Part shown: piece by piece, positions 29,050 through 39,565 of the stretch | How the letters are laid out: every line of letters starts with the position of its first letter | Numbering within the stretch: position 1 is the stretch's first letter | Assembly: GCA_963675755.2 (NCBI GenBank) | Contig: CAXXMD010000003.1 | Coordinates: 3,232,001 to 3,296,000 of the forward strand | DNA: 64,000 nucleotides | Source of the DNA: a bacterium | Lineage (GTDB): Bacteria; Zhuqueibacterota; Zhuqueibacteria; Residuimicrobiales; Krinioviventaceae | Direction of reading: 5' to 3' | Translations under genes and position numbers: made by a program | The notes under the pieces: generated by a model | Seen by the model: only the letters and a program-made list of their open reading frames with translations | Databases searched by the model: none | What the model was told of the DNA's origin: nothing

Positions 29050-30530
29050 GTTTACCCCTAAAACGGAGATCGTTTGTTAAAGCCATGACGGGTTCAGCTG
29101 TTATGGCTTTATTGCAGCCTGGTAGCGTTTTAGCCGGTAATAGTGAACGTTTGCCGAATATTGTTTTTATTATTTGTGATCAGATGCGAGGGGATGCCCT
29201 GAGCTGTTTGGGCAGCCCCAATGCCCGTACTCCGCATCTGGACAGGTTGGCAGAAAAAGGTGTGCTGCTTAAAAACTTTTTTTCAAACAATCCGGTTTGT
29301 GCGCCATCACGGGTATCTTTTTTTACCGGTCTTTATCCGCATCAGCATGGCAAGTTGACCAATCCCAGCGGTAAGTTTGTCGAATCATTCGATGCCTGGA
29401 TGCCCGGATATTTCCGCAAACAAGGGTACAAAGTCGGCTGGGTGGGTAAAAATCACACTGCCAGCAAACAAGTAATGCAGCAAATGGATTCCAGCACCAT
29501 CAGAGCGAGAGAACCGTTCAGGCAATATAACAAGTTTGTGCCGCCATACTGGCATTCGGATATGTACTGGCCTGATGAACAGTGTTATCCCGCAATAAAT
29601 ACACAGGACGCAATAAAGTTTGTAAATGAATCTGTGGACACTCCTTTCTTTTTACATGTGAGTTATTTTGATCCACATCCACCATATATGGCTTTATCAA
29701 CATATACAATTCAATACGCGGGCAAGGACATGGTTTTACCCGAGTATATTGATCCGGCTAAATTAAACAGCCGCCTTGCAAAACAAGCCAGGGCGCTGCA
29801 CTATGATCGAATACAGGATACGGATTTAAAGGAAACCCTGAGATATTATTATGCTGCAATTGAAGGGGGAGTGGATGCTCAAGTTGGTCAGTTAATGAGC
29901 GCTCTCGAGAACAAGGGATTAATGGATAATACGATTATTGTATTTACCTCGGACCATGGTGATTTTATGGGTGAGTATAGAATGGTGCGTAAAGGTATGT
30001 TTCATTATGATGCTTTGGTTCATATCCCATTTATTATCTATGCACCCGGAAAAACCGGAAAGGGTATTCAGCTCGATGTCATGGCGCAGGGAGTGGATTT
30101 GTATCCTACACTTATTGAATTGACCGGTGGAAAAGTACCTGAAACCCTGCCGGGGCGGTCGCTTGTGCCCTACCTGTCCGGTGATAAAGAAGATGATCCT
30201 GACGCAACAGTGTTTGCATCGGCGGCATATAGTGATTTACCGGAAAATTATTTTGATAATCCGGAACCGGCATATAATCCGGATAGTGATGTTCCGTTTC
30301 ATACGCGCGTGCAAAACCTGACCTGGAAAGCGGAACAGCGGACCATTATGGCGCGTACTCGCGAGTGGAAACTGATTGTGAACGAGACGGGTGAAAATGA
30401 GTTGTATCACATGGATGGAGGATATACTGAAAAAGAAAACCTGATACACGATGATCGATACGCAGAGATACGACAAAAGCTTTTAAAGAAAATCAAGCAG
30501 CAATGGGACTGGCAAAACAGCAAGATCTAA
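29034..30530 (+). CDS. Tat-exported Cys-type S1 sulfatase
   Basis: KRRSFVK; PNIVFIICDQ, CAPSR...TG, GKNH, DPHPP, SDHG. Confidence 0.92.
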   Translation: MEKSLSLPLKRRSFVKAMTGSAVMALLQPGSVLAGNSERLPNIVFIICDQMRGDALSCLGSPNARTPHLDRLAEKGVLLKNFFSNNPVCAPSRVSFFTGLYPHQHGKLTNPSGKFVESFDAWMPGYFRKQGYKVGWVGKNHTASKQVMQQMDSSTIRAREPFRQYNKFVPPYWHSDMYWPDEQCYPAINTQDAIKFVNESVDTPFFLHVSYFDPHPPYMALSTYTIQYAGKDMVLPEYIDPAKLNSRLAKQARALHYDRIQDTDLKETLRYYYAAIEGGVDAQVGQLMSALENKGLMDNTIIVFTSDHGDFMGEYRMVRKGMFHYDALVHIPFIIYAPGKTGKGIQLDVMAQGVDLYPTLIELTGGKVPETLPGRSLVPYLSGDKEDDPDATVFASAAYSDLPENYFDNPEPAYNPDSDVPFHTRVQNLTWKAEQRTIMARTREWKLIVNETGENELYHMDGGYTEKENLIHDDRYAEIRQKLLKKIKQQWDWQNSKI

Positions 30531-30557
30531 ATATGAATCGATAATACAGGATCCAAT

Positions 30558-31844
30558 ATGGCAATTCGAATTAAAGCAACCGATGCAAATTTTGAAAGAG
30601 AACCCCTGATCCGCCCCTTTGGATTCAAGGGGGGATTTATGAATGAAATCTGGCAGAGCGCCGCATTGATGGAAAGTGAAAACGGTTTCCGGCAAGTGGG
30701 TCTTTGTACACACAGTGTGTTGTGGTCAGATGCTAAAGTGTTTGCAGACCATTCAGATACCGGCGGCAATGCATTAATGCATGCCATGACCGAATACGCG
30801 CTGCAACTGGTCAAGGATATTCCTTTTGAGAATCCCGTACAATTATTAGATCAGCTTTTGGAACCGGTTTATGAATACGGGAAAATGATCACGGGCAATT
30901 CTGATCTGCGTAAAACCTTTGCATTAAACGCCCTGGTGGGTGTTGATAATGCAGCATGGTTGATTTATGCCAGTGAACAGGGAATTGATAATTTTGATGA
31001 CCTGATTCCGGATGCGTACAAATCCGCGCTTTCTCATCATCATAAAAAAGTTGCCAGTATCCCCTTGATGGCATACGCAATACCTATTGATGAAATTATA
31101 GATGCCGTCAACCAGGGCTACTTCTTTATGAAAATCAAAATCGGTCAGCCGGGTACGCAGGAAGAGATGCTTGAAAAGGACAAGGCCCGGCTTTCAGCTA
31201 TCCACAGAGCCATAGGGCATATGGAGACAGAGTATTCGCAATCGGGCAAACTCCCTTATTATTTTGACGCCAATGGCAGATACGAGAGTAAAGAAATGCT
31301 AAAACGCCTGTTGGACCATGCTGAAAAGATAGGTGCGTTTGAACAGATTGCCATTGTTGAAGAGCCGTTTCCTGAACATGTAGAGGATTTTGTTGGCGAT
31401 TTGGGAGTACGTATTGCCGCAGATGAAAGCGCACATACGGACAAAGATGCCCTTGCCCGCATGGAAATGGGCTATGGAGCCATGGCTTTAAAAGCTATAG
31501 CAAAAACCCTGAGCATGACGTTGAAAATTGCCCAACTGGCACATGAAAAAAATGTACCCTGTTTTTGTGCGGATTTGACAGTGAATCCGATCCTGGCTGA
31601 ATGGAATAAAAATGTGGCTGCCAGACTGGCACCGTTCCCAGAATTGGGGTTGGGATTAATGGAAACCAATGGACACCAGAATTATAAAAACTGGCAAACC
31701 ATGGTGGGATACCATCCCTATCCCGATGCAAAGTGGCGGGAAACTCGCAAAGGCGTATTTGATCTGGATGATGATTATTATGAAAAAAGTGGTGGAATTT
31801 TTACACCTTCGCCTCATTACACAAAAATGTTTGAACAAAAATAA
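30558..31844 (+). CDS. Mandelate racemase/enolase superfamily protein (probable sugar-acid dehydratase or isomerase)
   Basis: KxK motif (MKIKIG); metal ligands in FDANG, EEPF, ADES. Confidence 0.8.
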   Translation: MAIRIKATDANFEREPLIRPFGFKGGFMNEIWQSAALMESENGFRQVGLCTHSVLWSDAKVFADHSDTGGNALMHAMTEYALQLVKDIPFENPVQLLDQLLEPVYEYGKMITGNSDLRKTFALNALVGVDNAAWLIYASEQGIDNFDDLIPDAYKSALSHHHKKVASIPLMAYAIPIDEIIDAVNQGYFFMKIKIGQPGTQEEMLEKDKARLSAIHRAIGHMETEYSQSGKLPYYFDANGRYESKEMLKRLLDHAEKIGAFEQIAIVEEPFPEHVEDFVGDLGVRIAADESAHTDKDALARMEMGYGAMALKAIAKTLSMTLKIAQLAHEKNVPCFCADLTVNPILAEWNKNVAARLAPFPELGLGLMETNGHQNYKNWQTMVGYHPYPDAKWRETRKGVFDLDDDYYEKSGGIFTPSPHYTKMFEQK

Positions 31845-31855
31845 TAGGAAGTAGA

Positions 31856-32620
31856 ATGGGACCGTTATTTGATTTGAATTCCCGAGTGATTCTGGTTACC
31901 GGATCAGGCGGTGGTTTGGGATATACGATGGCAAAGGGCCTTGCACAGGCAGGAGCTTTTGTTGTGTTGAATGGTAGAAATGAAGAAAAATTAGAGGCTG
32001 CTGTAAATAGTTTGAAAAATGAAAACCTGACTGTTGTTGGGGTGCCCTTTGATATAAATGACGAGAAACAGGTACAGAGCAGTATTGTGAAAATTGAAAA
32101 AGATCTGGGTCCTATTGATGTGCTGGTTAATAATGCAGGAATTCAGCACCGGGGCTCGTTAGAGACGATTGAGAAAAAGGATTTTGATAAAGTAATTGAA
32201 ACGAATTTGATAGGTGCGTTTTTGGTCAGTAAACATGTTGTAAAGGGGATGATCAAACGCCAAAAAGGTAAAATCATTAATATCTGTTCGTTAATGAGTT
32301 CGTTGGGGAGATACACCGTGGGGCCATATGCAGCCGCAAAAGGAGGGCTGGCCATGTTGACCAAGGCAATGGCTGTAGACTGGGGGCAATACAACATTCA
32401 GGTCAATGGTATAGCCCCCGGATATTTCATAACAGAAATGACCCAGCCGTTGGCCGATGATCCGGAATTTGATACCTGGTTAAAAAAACGTACACCCGCA
32501 AACCGTTGGGGGGATCCCACGGAATTGATTGGCACCGCCATTTACTTGTCTACACAGGCTTCGGCTTTTGTTAACGGTCAAGTAATCTATGTAGACGGTG
32601 GAATAATGGCATCAATTTAA
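31856..32620 (+). CDS. SDR oxidoreductase, gluconate 5-dehydrogenase (IdnO)/KduD-like
   Basis: TGSGGGLG, NNAGIQHR, YAAAKGG, NGIAPGYFITEMT, RTPANRWG. Confidence 0.88.
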   Translation: MGPLFDLNSRVILVTGSGGGLGYTMAKGLAQAGAFVVLNGRNEEKLEAAVNSLKNENLTVVGVPFDINDEKQVQSSIVKIEKDLGPIDVLVNNAGIQHRGSLETIEKKDFDKVIETNLIGAFLVSKHVVKGMIKRQKGKIINICSLMSSLGRYTVGPYAAAKGGLAMLTKAMAVDWGQYNIQVNGIAPGYFITEMTQPLADDPEFDTWLKKRTPANRWGDPTELIGTAIYLSTQASAFVNGQVIYVDGGIMASI

Positions 32621-32641
32621 GCTAAAACGACAACAATCTAC

Positions 32642-32684
32642 TTGACCGTTATTATAAAGTTTACTATATTAAGTACTCGAGTAA
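32642..32684 (+). promoter_or_regulatory. Sigma70 promoter with LacI-type operator over the predicted +1 (autoregulation)
   Basis: TTGACC-17 nt-TATATT (32642-32670) followed by the palindrome TACTCGAGTA (32674-32683). Confidence 0.7.
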
Positions 32685-32701
32685 GTAGAAAGGGGTAGTT
32701 T

Positions 32702-33709
32702 TTGGCTGTAAGACAGATTGATATTGCAAAAAAACTGGGCGTTACGCGCATTACGGTTTCAAAAGCATTACGCGACCATCCTGATATTTCGGAAGCAATG
32801 AAAACCAAAGTGCGCAAAACCGCTGAAGAGATGGGGTATATACCCAATCGATTAGCCAGTCAATTGCAAACCAAAAAGTCATATACCATCGGTGTTGTTG
32901 TTCCGGGTATTGCAAATTCTTTTTTTTCACTGGTAACCCATGGTATCATAGATTATGCTACTCCTAAAGGCTATCATATTATTCTTACGGTATCACTTGA
33001 AAATCCGGACATGGAGCTGGAAAATTTACGTACCCTCATGTCCATGCGGGTGGATGGTATTCTCATTTCCGTATCTCAGAACACGATTGATACCGGTATT
33101 TTTGAATTGATCAAGCAGTATGAAATTCCCTTAATCTTTTTTGATCGTGATATTCCGGGGCTGGACTGTTTTAGCCGTGTTGGCATTGATAATGTCAAAG
33201 CCGCAAAAGAACTATTGGATTTTGTTTTAGATAAAGGCTATACCCGTGTAGCGCATTTGGCCGGTACCCAGGTTTCCACTATTGGCAGAGACCGTTACGA
33301 GGGATATTTACAATCCATGAAAGCCCATGGAATTGAACCTGATCCCAAATTATTTGTTGAAGGTGGATTTGATGTAAAGTCCGGATACAATGGATTTATG
33401 CGTCTGCTTGAGCAAGGTGGAATGCCGGAAGTGGTTTACGCGGCTAATGATCAGATTGCTCAGGGGGTTTACCATGCCTGTGAAGACAAGGGTATAAAAA
33501 TACCGGATGATTTAGGTGTTGTTGCCTTTGGTCATGATGATTTTGCAAATATTATGAGTCCTAAATTAACAATAATTGATAATCCCCCCGAATTGTTGGG
33601 GAAAACTGCAATAGAGCAGTTGATTGATGAAATGAAAGGAACACCCAATACCAATCCGTCAACGGTGCTGGTTGATACACATTTGGTAGTGAACCGGTCC
33701 ATATTATAA
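32702..33709 (+). CDS. LacI-family transcriptional regulator
   Basis: DIAKKLGVTRITVSKAL HTH, GYIPN hinge, periplasmic-binding-fold effector domain (IPDDLGVVAFG). Confidence 0.95.
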   Translation: MAVRQIDIAKKLGVTRITVSKALRDHPDISEAMKTKVRKTAEEMGYIPNRLASQLQTKKSYTIGVVVPGIANSFFSLVTHGIIDYATPKGYHIILTVSLENPDMELENLRTLMSMRVDGILISVSQNTIDTGIFELIKQYEIPLIFFDRDIPGLDCFSRVGIDNVKAAKELLDFVLDKGYTRVAHLAGTQVSTIGRDRYEGYLQSMKAHGIEPDPKLFVEGGFDVKSGYNGFMRLLEQGGMPEVVYAANDQIAQGVYHACEDKGIKIPDDLGVVAFGHDDFANIMSPKLTIIDNPPELLGKTAIEQLIDEMKGTPNTNPSTVLVDTHLVVNRSIL

Positions 33710-33719
33710 ATTAACTGGA

Positions 33720-36050
33720 GTGAAACCTTTGAGGCTTTTCAAACTCTGTATTCTATTCATCCTGATTAGTGTTTTTCTTTCTTGTACTGATACATCGTCT
33801 GTATCAGAAAAGGTGGACTGGAAATCGTTCATGACTCGTCATGATATGATCTGGAAGAAATTACCAACAGAGTGGAGTCAAGGTCCGTTTTTTGGTAATG
33901 GTTTGATTGGATCGTTGATCTGGAAGGATGGAGTAAAGAACCGTTTTCGGATGCAGGTGTTTCGCTCAGATGTGCAGGAGCACCGTTCTTTTGAATATGG
34001 ACATGCGGGATATGCCCGCTGCCGCATGCAAATTGGTTCATTTTATTTCGAACCTGTTGGGAAAATAGAGGGTTGTGACTGGCGTCTGGATTTGTATAAT
34101 GCAGAACTCACTGGCACAATACAAACAGACAAGGGTACGATCCGAATCCGACATTTTACCCACTCTCATGATATGATACTCTATACCGAGCTTGAAACCA
34201 GCGGTGATGAAACCGGTTGCAAATGGACCTGGGAGCCGGCTGATCCCTGGCCAACACGCCATGGGTTCCCTGAATCAGAAGAGCAGATTCCCAGTGTACA
34301 AAAACGATATGGATCAAAGTACCCTACAAAGGTTTATGATCGCAATGCTGATCCCCGGATTGAGGAACGGGATGGCGTAAATGTCTGTGTTCAGGATCTG
34401 ACACACGGTGGTCAGCATTCAACCGCCTGGACGTTAAAAGAAACTAGTAATTTACAACAGCATATTATCTGTATTGCCAAATCCTGGCCTGATGAACCGG
34501 CAGTTTCGGACAAGGATGCGGTTCATGCTGTGCGTACCATAGCCAATTTGAACAATTATAATAAATGGAAACAGGTGCATTACGACTGGTGGCACCAATA
34601 TTATCCAAAAAGTTTTATTTCCCTCTCCGATACTCGTGCGGAAACGGTATACTGGACACAGATGTACAAACTTGCAAGCGCTTCACGGCATAACCGTCCT
34701 ATGATGGATACAGCAGGATTGTGGCAGGTCCCTTCGAGTTGGCCTTTTGTGACCTGGAATCTGAATGTACAATTGTGTTACTGGGCACCATTTCCTGCCA
34801 ACCGCATGGGTGTCGGAGAATCTCTAATTTACAACCTGTGGAAGTTTAGGCAAAATCTGATAAACAATGTGATGCCGGAAGAATGGCGCGACGATTCGGC
34901 TATGACCTCTGTAAATTCCGGTAATGATATGGCACAGCCCTGGGGTATGGATAATCGTGATTTTGCCACAAGTCTGGGGAACCTGGTTTGGGCTCTGCAT
35001 GATGTTTGGCTGCAATATCGCTACAGCATGGATGATGAAATGCTGCGGGAGAAATTGTATCCGTTATTGCGCCGGTCTGTCAACTGGATGCTTCACCATG
35101 TTTATGAAAAAGATGGGGTGTATCACTTGCCGCCTTCCGGTTCGCCGGAATATGGAAAGGCGCCTGATTGTAATTATGACCTGGCGTTGTTGCGCTGGGG
35201 ATGTGAAACCTTGTTGAAAATAAATGACCATTTGAACCTGAATGATCCTTTGAAAGAAAAATGGCAAGATACCATAAACCACCTTGTTCCTTTTTATATA
35301 GATGAAAACGGATATATGGTGGGAGCAGGCGTGCCATTTGTAAATGCTCATCGCCATTATTCTCATTTATTAATGTTTTATCCCTTGTACCTGGTTAATC
35401 CCGAAGAACCGGAACAAAAAGAGCTGCTTCTCAAATCCCTTGAACATTGGCTTGATACCAATCGTAAAGAATATGAAAGATCGGGTAACTGGGGTGTATT
35501 TGCTGCATATACCCATACCGGGGCTTCATCCATGTACGCGGCACTGAGAGATGGTGAAAAAGCATTGGAATATTTGAACGGATTTATTGAATATCCTCTA
35601 GTAAGAAGAAACAGTTTATATGCGGAATCCGGTCCTGTGCTGGAGTCTCCGCTTTCAGCTGCACAAAATGTGCACGATATGTTAATCCAGAGCTGGGGAG
35701 CCAAGATTCGTATATTTCCCGCGGTACCGGAATTGTGGCCTGATGTCATATTCCACAACCTCAGGTCCGAAGGAGGATTCCTGGTCAGCGCGGAACGAAA
35801 AGCTGGCTCCCTGCAATGGATTCGTGTAACCAGCCTTGCAGGTGAACCCTGCACACTTTTAGTTGATTTTGATGAATCGTTTGAAATGCAACTGGAAGGC
35901 AATTCCAGAACTTTAAATGCAGAACAGAAATTAATTCAGGTTGATCTTTTAAAGGACCAAACGATTCTGTTAAAATTACCCGGTGTTAAACCAGAGATCC
36001 ATGCCGTGTCTGCTCAAACAGATAAACTCAACTGGTATGGATTAAAATGA
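33720..36050 (+). CDS. GH95-like glycoside hydrolase (alpha-L-fucosidase/alpha-L-galactosidase), lipoprotein
   Basis: Lipobox FLSC; FFGNG, WNLNVQLCYW, SPEYG, HRHYSHL, MLIQS..IRIFPAVP..W....F.NLRSEGGFLVSA. Confidence 0.8.
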   Translation: MKPLRLFKLCILFILISVFLSCTDTSSVSEKVDWKSFMTRHDMIWKKLPTEWSQGPFFGNGLIGSLIWKDGVKNRFRMQVFRSDVQEHRSFEYGHAGYARCRMQIGSFYFEPVGKIEGCDWRLDLYNAELTGTIQTDKGTIRIRHFTHSHDMILYTELETSGDETGCKWTWEPADPWPTRHGFPESEEQIPSVQKRYGSKYPTKVYDRNADPRIEERDGVNVCVQDLTHGGQHSTAWTLKETSNLQQHIICIAKSWPDEPAVSDKDAVHAVRTIANLNNYNKWKQVHYDWWHQYYPKSFISLSDTRAETVYWTQMYKLASASRHNRPMMDTAGLWQVPSSWPFVTWNLNVQLCYWAPFPANRMGVGESLIYNLWKFRQNLINNVMPEEWRDDSAMTSVNSGNDMAQPWGMDNRDFATSLGNLVWALHDVWLQYRYSMDDEMLREKLYPLLRRSVNWMLHHVYEKDGVYHLPPSGSPEYGKAPDCNYDLALLRWGCETLLKINDHLNLNDPLKEKWQDTINHLVPFYIDENGYMVGAGVPFVNAHRHYSHLLMFYPLYLVNPEEPEQKELLLKSLEHWLDTNRKEYERSGNWGVFAAYTHTGASSMYAALRDGEKALEYLNGFIEYPLVRRNSLYAESGPVLESPLSAAQNVHDMLIQSWGAKIRIFPAVPELWPDVIFHNLRSEGGFLVSAERKAGSLQWIRVTSLAGEPCTLLVDFDESFEMQLEGNSRTLNAEQKLIQVDLLKDQTILLKLPGVKPEIHAVSAQTDKLNWYGLK

Positions 36051-37012
36051 AAAAACTGATATTTCTGATATTTTGTACAGTTTCCGCAATATATGCTGAT
36101 ACGAATTTGTTGAATGCATTATCATCCCCGATTCTTTTCAAGGGAGATGATACAATTGCTTATCGTGATCCTGCGGTACTTTATCACAATCAAATATTTT
36201 ATCTTTATTTTACGCTTGTTCAGGTTGAACAGGGTGGTGCTGTTTATTCTTATACCGCACAGAGCAAGAGTACGGACTTGCAAAACTGGACAGATCCGGA
36301 GATCATAACTCCAAAGGGCCAAGCTCTCAACTATTGCAGTCCCGGAAACGTTATTCGGTTTCAAGACCAATGGGTGCTGTGTTTACAAACCTATCCACGT
36401 CCCGATTATAACATCAAAGATCAACCAGTATATGGAAACCAGACCGCCCGGGTTTTCATCATGAAAAGCGATGATCTGGAGCATTGGTCAGAACCGGAGC
36501 TTTTGAAGGTCAAAGGGTCGGATGTACAGATTCAGGATATGGGACGTATGATTGATCCTTATCTGATCAAAGACAAGGATGATTCGGACAAGTGGTGGTG
36601 TTTTTATAAACAGAACGGTGTCAGCATGTCATGGTCCCGCGATCTTGAAAATTGGACCTTTTTCGGGCATACACAATCCGGTGAAAATGTATGTGTGCTG
36701 ATAGAAAATGATGAATATTTGCTATTTCATTCACCATCTAATGGTATTGGGATCAAACGCTCATCTGATTTGAAAACGTGGCAGGATTGGGGTGAATTGA
36801 TCACTTTGGATCAGCAAAACTGGCCCTGGGCGAAAGGACGTTTAACCGCAGCTACGGTTATTGATTTGCGCCATGTACCGGGTATTGAAAGATATGTCAT
36901 GTTTTTTCATGGATCCGGGCCCGAGCCTGAATCGAAAATGTTTGATCAGTACGCAAGTATAGGCATTGCATGGAGCAAGAATTTACAAAATTGGGAGTGG
37001 CCGGGAAAATGA
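36047..37012 (+). CDS. Exported five-bladed beta-propeller glycoside hydrolase (GH32/43/117-like)
   Basis: Signal peptide; AYRDPAV, MIDPYL, GENVC; repeated S.DL..W Asp-box-like motifs. Confidence 0.7.
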   Translation: MKKLIFLIFCTVSAIYADTNLLNALSSPILFKGDDTIAYRDPAVLYHNQIFYLYFTLVQVEQGGAVYSYTAQSKSTDLQNWTDPEIITPKGQALNYCSPGNVIRFQDQWVLCLQTYPRPDYNIKDQPVYGNQTARVFIMKSDDLEHWSEPELLKVKGSDVQIQDMGRMIDPYLIKDKDDSDKWWCFYKQNGVSMSWSRDLENWTFFGHTQSGENVCVLIENDEYLLFHSPSNGIGIKRSSDLKTWQDWGELITLDQQNWPWAKGRLTAATVIDLRHVPGIERYVMFFHGSGPEPESKMFDQYASIGIAWSKNLQNWEWPGK

Positions 37013-38025
37013 AAAAGATTGTGTCTATGTTTGTTTTATTTATTCTATTGTCTCAATCCATTGTGTTAGCACAGCATAAGCCTATAATCGAACGTTTATT
37101 ACCTGTTCCCAAAGAGGGTGGGTTTAAAATGGATGGCTATTTTGTTTGGGGTGGATCTTTGATTAAAGCAGATGGCAAGTATCATCTGTTTGCTTCACGA
37201 TGGCCAACATGGGAGACATTGGGCAAAGAATTTATTGAAAACGGGCCCGTGAGTATATTGGGCTTGTACCGCGAGTATTCCGAGATCGTTCACGCGGAAG
37301 CGGATAATCCGTTGGGTCCATATACATTTAAAGATGTTGTGGTATCCAGGCGAGGTGATGGATATTGGGACGGGCAAATGTGCCATAATCCTAAAATCGT
37401 CAAGATTGGTGATGAATATGTATTGTTTTATATTGGCCGATATACTGACCGTCCTGAACGCAAAGTAGGTTATGCTGTAGCGTCATCAATTAACGGACCC
37501 TGGAAAAGAAGCGAAACACAACTCTTGTTGACCGAAGATGCCAATAATCCTGCACCTTTTGTGCATGAGGATGGCAGTGTTTTGTTGTCTTTTCGTGACC
37601 GGAATCTTGCAAACTTTATTGTCAAAGCGGAAACCTATGATGGAGATTACGAGTTTTTAGCGGGAAATATAACACCGGGCAAAGCGTTTGAGGACGCTTC
37701 AATATTTTACAAAGACAATATATACCATATGGTAATGGAAGACAATCGTGGATTGTTTACCGGGCATGTACGCCATGGCGCGCATTTGGTATCTGAGGAT
37801 GCTATGACCTGGAAAGTTTTTGATCCTGTTCATGTTTATACACATACTGTGCAATGGAATGATGGCACGGAAACCACTTTTGACCGACGGGAACGGCCGG
37901 AATTGGTTAATCTGAATAATTCAGCGGAACGCAAATATGACGGAGAACCTACACATCTGGTTACAGGCGCACAGATAGGTATGACAAGTTGGTGTATTAT
38001 TCAGGAAATTGCAAAGATGAAGTGA
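37009..38025 (+). CDS. Exported GH43-like beta-propeller glycoside hydrolase
   Basis: FVWGGS, YHLFASRW, HNPKI, NNPAP, FEDA, RERP; ATGA overlap with the upstream gene. Confidence 0.72.
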   Translation: MKKIVSMFVLFILLSQSIVLAQHKPIIERLLPVPKEGGFKMDGYFVWGGSLIKADGKYHLFASRWPTWETLGKEFIENGPVSILGLYREYSEIVHAEADNPLGPYTFKDVVVSRRGDGYWDGQMCHNPKIVKIGDEYVLFYIGRYTDRPERKVGYAVASSINGPWKRSETQLLLTEDANNPAPFVHEDGSVLLSFRDRNLANFIVKAETYDGDYEFLAGNITPGKAFEDASIFYKDNIYHMVMEDNRGLFTGHVRHGAHLVSEDAMTWKVFDPVHVYTHTVQWNDGTETTFDRRERPELVNLNNSAERKYDGEPTHLVTGAQIGMTSWCIIQEIAKMK

Positions 38026-38045
38026 TTTTGTTGGAGGTTGGCAAG

Positions 38046-39521
38046 ATGAAAGTTAAACTGTTTTTAATATGTATTATGTTGGCGGGACTTTTTATTTCTA
38101 CATTAGCTGTAGAGTATAAAACAAAAGCCTATGAACCTGAATGGGAATCATTGATACAGCATCCCACACCGGAGTGGTTCAAAGATGCCAAGTTTGGTAT
38201 CTATTTTCATTGGGGTGTATATTCGGTGCCGGCGCATGGTAACGAATGGTATCCGCGTAATATGTACAATAAGGACAGTAAATTATTCAACTGGCATCGT
38301 GAGAATTGGGGACCGCAGGAGGAATTTGGATACAAGGATTTTATCCCCATGTTTACTGCTGAAAAATTCAATGCAGATGAATGGGTAGATTTGTTTGTAA
38401 AATCGGGTGCGAAATTTATCGGTCCGGTTGCCGAACATCATGATGGTTTTGCCATGTGGGCCAGTAAATTAACGGATTGGGATGCAGGTGATATGGGCCC
38501 GAAAAGAGATATTGTGGGAGAGCTTGCAGAGGCCGTTAGAAAGCGTGAAGGATTAAAATTTTTAACTTCATTTCATCATGCGTATAACTGGAAATATTAT
38601 GAACCCGCTTATGATTATGATGCCGGGGATGCACGTTTTGCCGGTCTTTATAATTTACCGCATGCTGATGGTGCTCCTGAATCGGATGATTTTTTAGAGG
38701 ACTGGCTGGGTAAATTAATTGAAGTGATTGATAACTATCAACCGGATTATATCTGGTTTGACTTTGGCTGGCGTGAACATTCTTTTGATGCTTATAAACG
38801 TGAATTTCTTGCTTATTACTATAACAAAGCAGAAGAGTGGGGCAAAGATGTGGTTGTCTCTTATAAAGACGATCATTTGCCAATTGGCGCCGGTGTGTTG
38901 GATATGGAACGCGGTCGCCTGGATTCTTTGCGCCAGATTTACTGGATCACAGATACCTCCATTGATAAAGTATCATGGTGTTATGTAGAGCATCCTGATT
39001 ACAAGGATGTTAATACAATGGTAGACAATCTGGTTGACCGGGTTAGTAAAAACGGCAATACACTGATGAACATAGCCCCCCGTGCAGACGGTACTATTCC
39101 TGAAGGGCAAAAAGAACGACTGCTGGGAATTGGTAAATGGCTGGGTGTTAACGGTGAAGCCATTTACGGTACACGGCACTGGTTCAAGTATGGCGAAGGT
39201 CCTACCCAGTTTAAAGGTGGCGGCTTTATTGATAAAAAGAAATTGGTTTACACGGCCAAGGATGTGCGGTTTACCACCAAAGGTAATACTTTGTACGCCA
39301 TTGCATTGGATTGGCCCGAGAATGAATTGACTGTTGAATCGCTCAAGGTTTTGGATGCAGATCAAATTCAATCGGTTTCACTTTTAGGCAGCAAAGAAAA
39401 GGTTGAGTGGGAAATGACAGATGCCGGTTTGAAACTGGTAATGCCCAAAAACAAACCCTGTGAACATGCATATTCTTTCAAGATTGAATATGGCGTGCGT
39501 TTGCCCCGTTCGGCAAATTAA
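38046..39521 (+). CDS. GH29 alpha-L-fucosidase
   Basis: PEWFKDAKFGIYFHWGVYSVP, AEHHDGF, IWFD nucleophile, VSKNGNTLMNI, NGEAIYGTR; signal peptide. Confidence 0.93.
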   Translation: MKVKLFLICIMLAGLFISTLAVEYKTKAYEPEWESLIQHPTPEWFKDAKFGIYFHWGVYSVPAHGNEWYPRNMYNKDSKLFNWHRENWGPQEEFGYKDFIPMFTAEKFNADEWVDLFVKSGAKFIGPVAEHHDGFAMWASKLTDWDAGDMGPKRDIVGELAEAVRKREGLKFLTSFHHAYNWKYYEPAYDYDAGDARFAGLYNLPHADGAPESDDFLEDWLGKLIEVIDNYQPDYIWFDFGWREHSFDAYKREFLAYYYNKAEEWGKDVVVSYKDDHLPIGAGVLDMERGRLDSLRQIYWITDTSIDKVSWCYVEHPDYKDVNTMVDNLVDRVSKNGNTLMNIAPRADGTIPEGQKERLLGIGKWLGVNGEAIYGTRHWFKYGEGPTQFKGGGFIDKKKLVYTAKDVRFTTKGNTLYAIALDWPENELTVESLKVLDADQIQSVSLLGSKEKVEWEMTDAGLKLVMPKNKPCEHAYSFKIEYGVRLPRSAN

Positions 39522-39565
39522 AGATGTGTTTTTGATTATTGTTTCTTTTAATAAATGGATTTTTG

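Noticed and set aside
37989-38045. N-terminal extensions in the ORF track (also 23166, 36970, 39539, 51282)
   Set aside because: Downstream ATGs give proper signal peptides and, in most cases, an RBS or stop/start coupling.
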